Notes under the pieces: model-generated
The model's database searches: none
Told to the model about the DNA's origin: nothing
What the model saw: the letters and a program-made list of their open reading frames with translations, nothing else
Program-made: the position numbers and the translations under genes
Origin: Felis catus
Taxonomy: Eukaryota
DNA length: 64,000 nt
Direction of reading: 5' to 3'
NCBI RefSeq assembly: GCF_018350175.1
Contig: NC_058373.1
Coordinates: 118,236,001 to 118,300,000 of the forward strand
In this document: in pieces, positions 61,696 to 64,000 of the stretch
Layout of the letters: each line of letters opens with the position of its first letter
Position numbering within the stretch: the stretch's first letter is position 1

Positions 61696-63602
61696 GGTAT
61701 ACTCAGCTATGGGGACTTCAGTGTCGTTTACACCAGATCAGTTGCTCTTTTATTCGTTCATTTCTTCTTTCAGCAACTTTTTTTTTTGGCCCCCTTCCTC
61801 CTTGCAGTGTGTCAGCAATAGCCTAGGCTCTGGGGGTCTTGGGGGTAATCTGAGCCCCCCAGATACTCCCCAGGCAGGAGATGGCCCTGTGTCCCCTGAG
61901 CTCTAGAGGTCTGCCCTCAGTGCTATCTGTGCACAGAGCACTGAGGCTGCCTTCTATCTGGGGGAATCAAAGGGTGGCAATGCAGGTGACTTTGGCTGAG
62001 GAGGGGAAGGATGTTCTTGATCAAGCCTCAGAGGTGAGTACTGGAGAGATGATGTCAGGATGGGAAGGGGCCTGCACGCAGGAGGGAGGCAGGGAGCCTC
62101 CGTAGGCTTTTTAGCAGTTCTTGGTGCAGGCCTGCCTTGATCAGGTCGGGCCTCTGCTTATCCTTTCGCGCTTCTGTCTTCAATTTTGCTTCTCCTTGAT
62201 CTTACCAGCAGCAAACATGCTCAGGAGTCCCCGCTTTCAAAGCATAACATAAAAGATACCCTCCTCTGACCCTGTATTTCCCTGCAGACCCTGGCCTCAT
62301 CTGGAGTCTCCCCCTCACAGTATGGCTGTTCATACTGGGGGTCTCCACCTGTTCACCCCCTACTCACAGCTCAGTCCTTGCACAGGGGCTCACATCCACC
62401 CACCACTCCAGGATACTGACCTGTTCCTAAACGTTCTGGACGTTATCTCAGTCCCCACATGACCTGAGAGGTGTTCTTCTGCTGACCATTTGCACCTCCT
62501 GACATGCTCCCTCCTCTTGGCTCCAGGAAACTACTGTCTTCTGATGTTCTTCCTTCTCTGGCTGCTGCTTCTGTTTTCCTGGCTGGTTTACCTTTTCACA
62601 CCAATGTCTCAGAGGCGGATGCACCTCAGGGTCTGTCCTTGGTCCTTGGCTTGTCTAACTTCACCTTGGGCAACCTTGTTGACACGTGGTTTCCAGGGCC
62701 ACCCAGGGCTGATAGACTATCTGGGTCCAGACCTCAAATCCAATGCCTCTTTGTATCTCATGGGCACCCAGAATGCCAAGTGGTGGAAAAGAGCACTCAC
62801 CGTTGACCCGTCCTCCCCGCCCTGGATCTCCCCATGGTGGAGGGGCACCGCCATTACCCAGCAACCCTGAGTAACCACTGTGGTCCTTCATTTCTCCTCC
62901 CTTACCTTGCACATCCTCCCCTTACCCATGTGTGCACTTCTGTAGGAGCCACTTTCCTGGTCTCTGCTTTCAGGCTTGTCCTAGGCCCAGTCATCCAAGG
63001 GCAGATACTCTGTCAGTCCTGCTTAGTTCACACTCTTCCATTCCCCCAGGGTCCAGTCCAAACTCCCATTGAGGCCTTGTCCACTTCCCTCCCTGCTCTG
63101 ACCATGGCCTCTGCCTTCCAGCTCCCGAGTCCCTTTGTTCTCCCATTGGCTGGCCAGCTGCTCCTCCTCATTCTCAAGTCGGGTCTCAGCTCTGTCTTCC
63201 TCAGGGAGGGTGCCCCTAAACACCTACCCCAGTACCCTCAAGGCAGGGAGTGCTTACGTCGCTTGCCCAGCACAGGGCCCAGCACCACATAGCTGCTGGA
63301 AAGACTGTTGTTGATAAAAAGTGAGAGTGGGGCTTCCCTTGTGGATAAGAGGCAAATTCATGGTAACTTAGACCAGTGTGCTCAGTTGGGGTGAGTTCCC
63401 TCTACTTTTGAGTTATTTTGCTCCGATAGTGTTCTTTTTGGCACCTGGCCCATCTCTTTCTTGAAGTGAGGGTCCTCTGTCCACAGTGATTACCTCCTCC
63501 CTTTGTCTCTGGGCTCTGGGGCGCTGGGAGTGGCAGCATGGCCTCCTAGGGCCTCAAGACCAGAGGCCGTGGACGGCTCTCCCAGTGTCCTGTCCCCTTC
63601 AG

Positions 63603-63769
63603 GAATGGGCTGCCGGTGCGGGCCGACGGGCATCGAGTCTACCAGTCCCCAGATGGCACACTGCTGATCCACAACCTGCAGCCCAGAGACGAGGGCTCCT
63701 ACACGTGCAGTGCCTACCGTGGAAGCCAGGCAGTCAGCCGCAGCACGGAGGTGAAGGTGGGCCCGCCGG
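63603..63769 (+). CDS. PAPLN: PAPLN exon, Ig domain 3
   Basis: NGLPVRADGHRVYQSPDGTLLIHNLQPRDEGSYTCSAYRGSQAVSRSTEVKVGPP; 167 nt; donor gtaaga. Confidence 0.94.
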
Positions 63770-64000
63770 GTAAGAGGCCCACCCCAGGGACTCACTTGTT
63801 CCCAAAAGCCGGCTTTGTGCTGCACAGGTCTGAGTGACTCTAGTCTGAGTCCTGGCTCACTCTGCCGGTTCCTGGTAGTGTCACCTGTGGCAAGGGGCTC
63901 TCCTGAGCCTCCCTCTTCTCACATATACAGAGGGCTATTCCACCACCTGAGAGGGCTGTGGCGAGGTGAGGGAAATAATGCAGATGATGGGCATCTGGTA

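Larger units (their letters stand above)
37260..63769 (+). other. PAPLN: PAPLN (papilin) gene, 25 coding exons; 3' end beyond window
   Basis: Exons splice phase-consistently into signal peptide, TSP1, ADAMTS Cys-rich/spacer, 4 further TSP1, Cys-rich repeats, Kunitz and 3 Ig domains; PSEN1-PAPLN adjacency matches known mammalian synteny. Confidence 0.98.

Overview
Mammalian nuclear DNA; abundant tRNA-derived CAN-SINEs of the SINEC_Fc type point to a cat/felid. Two + strand genes are present. The first is the 3' end of PSEN1 (presenilin-1): its last four coding exons (4466-16624, including the GLGDF catalytic motif and the PAL motif) and a long 3' UTR to about 21.1 kb. The second is PAPLN (papilin), running from its CpG-island promoter (about 33.8-34.8 kb) through 25 phase-consistent coding exons (37260-63769; 3658 nt, about 1219 codons); the last (PLAC) exon lies beyond the window. 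Introns and the intergenic region carry SINEs, L1/L2/MIR fragments, MaLR LTR remnants and DNA-transposon fossils. I found no novel multi-gene system. The best oddities are: a young 76-bp inverted duplication at 30.2/30.6 kb; tandem duplications that copy PAPLN splice sites (start-exon acceptor plus ATG, and an in-frame 33-bp donor duplication); a frame-preserving 66-nt cassette exon candidate; apparent RGD relocation in papilin; loss of PSEN1 loop phosphorylation motifs; an orphan CpG island downstream of PSEN1; and several fold-back/template-switch footprints. Exon coordinates were read by hand from splice sites. Human comparisons and repeat family names are from memory and need alignment/RepeatMasker confirmation.
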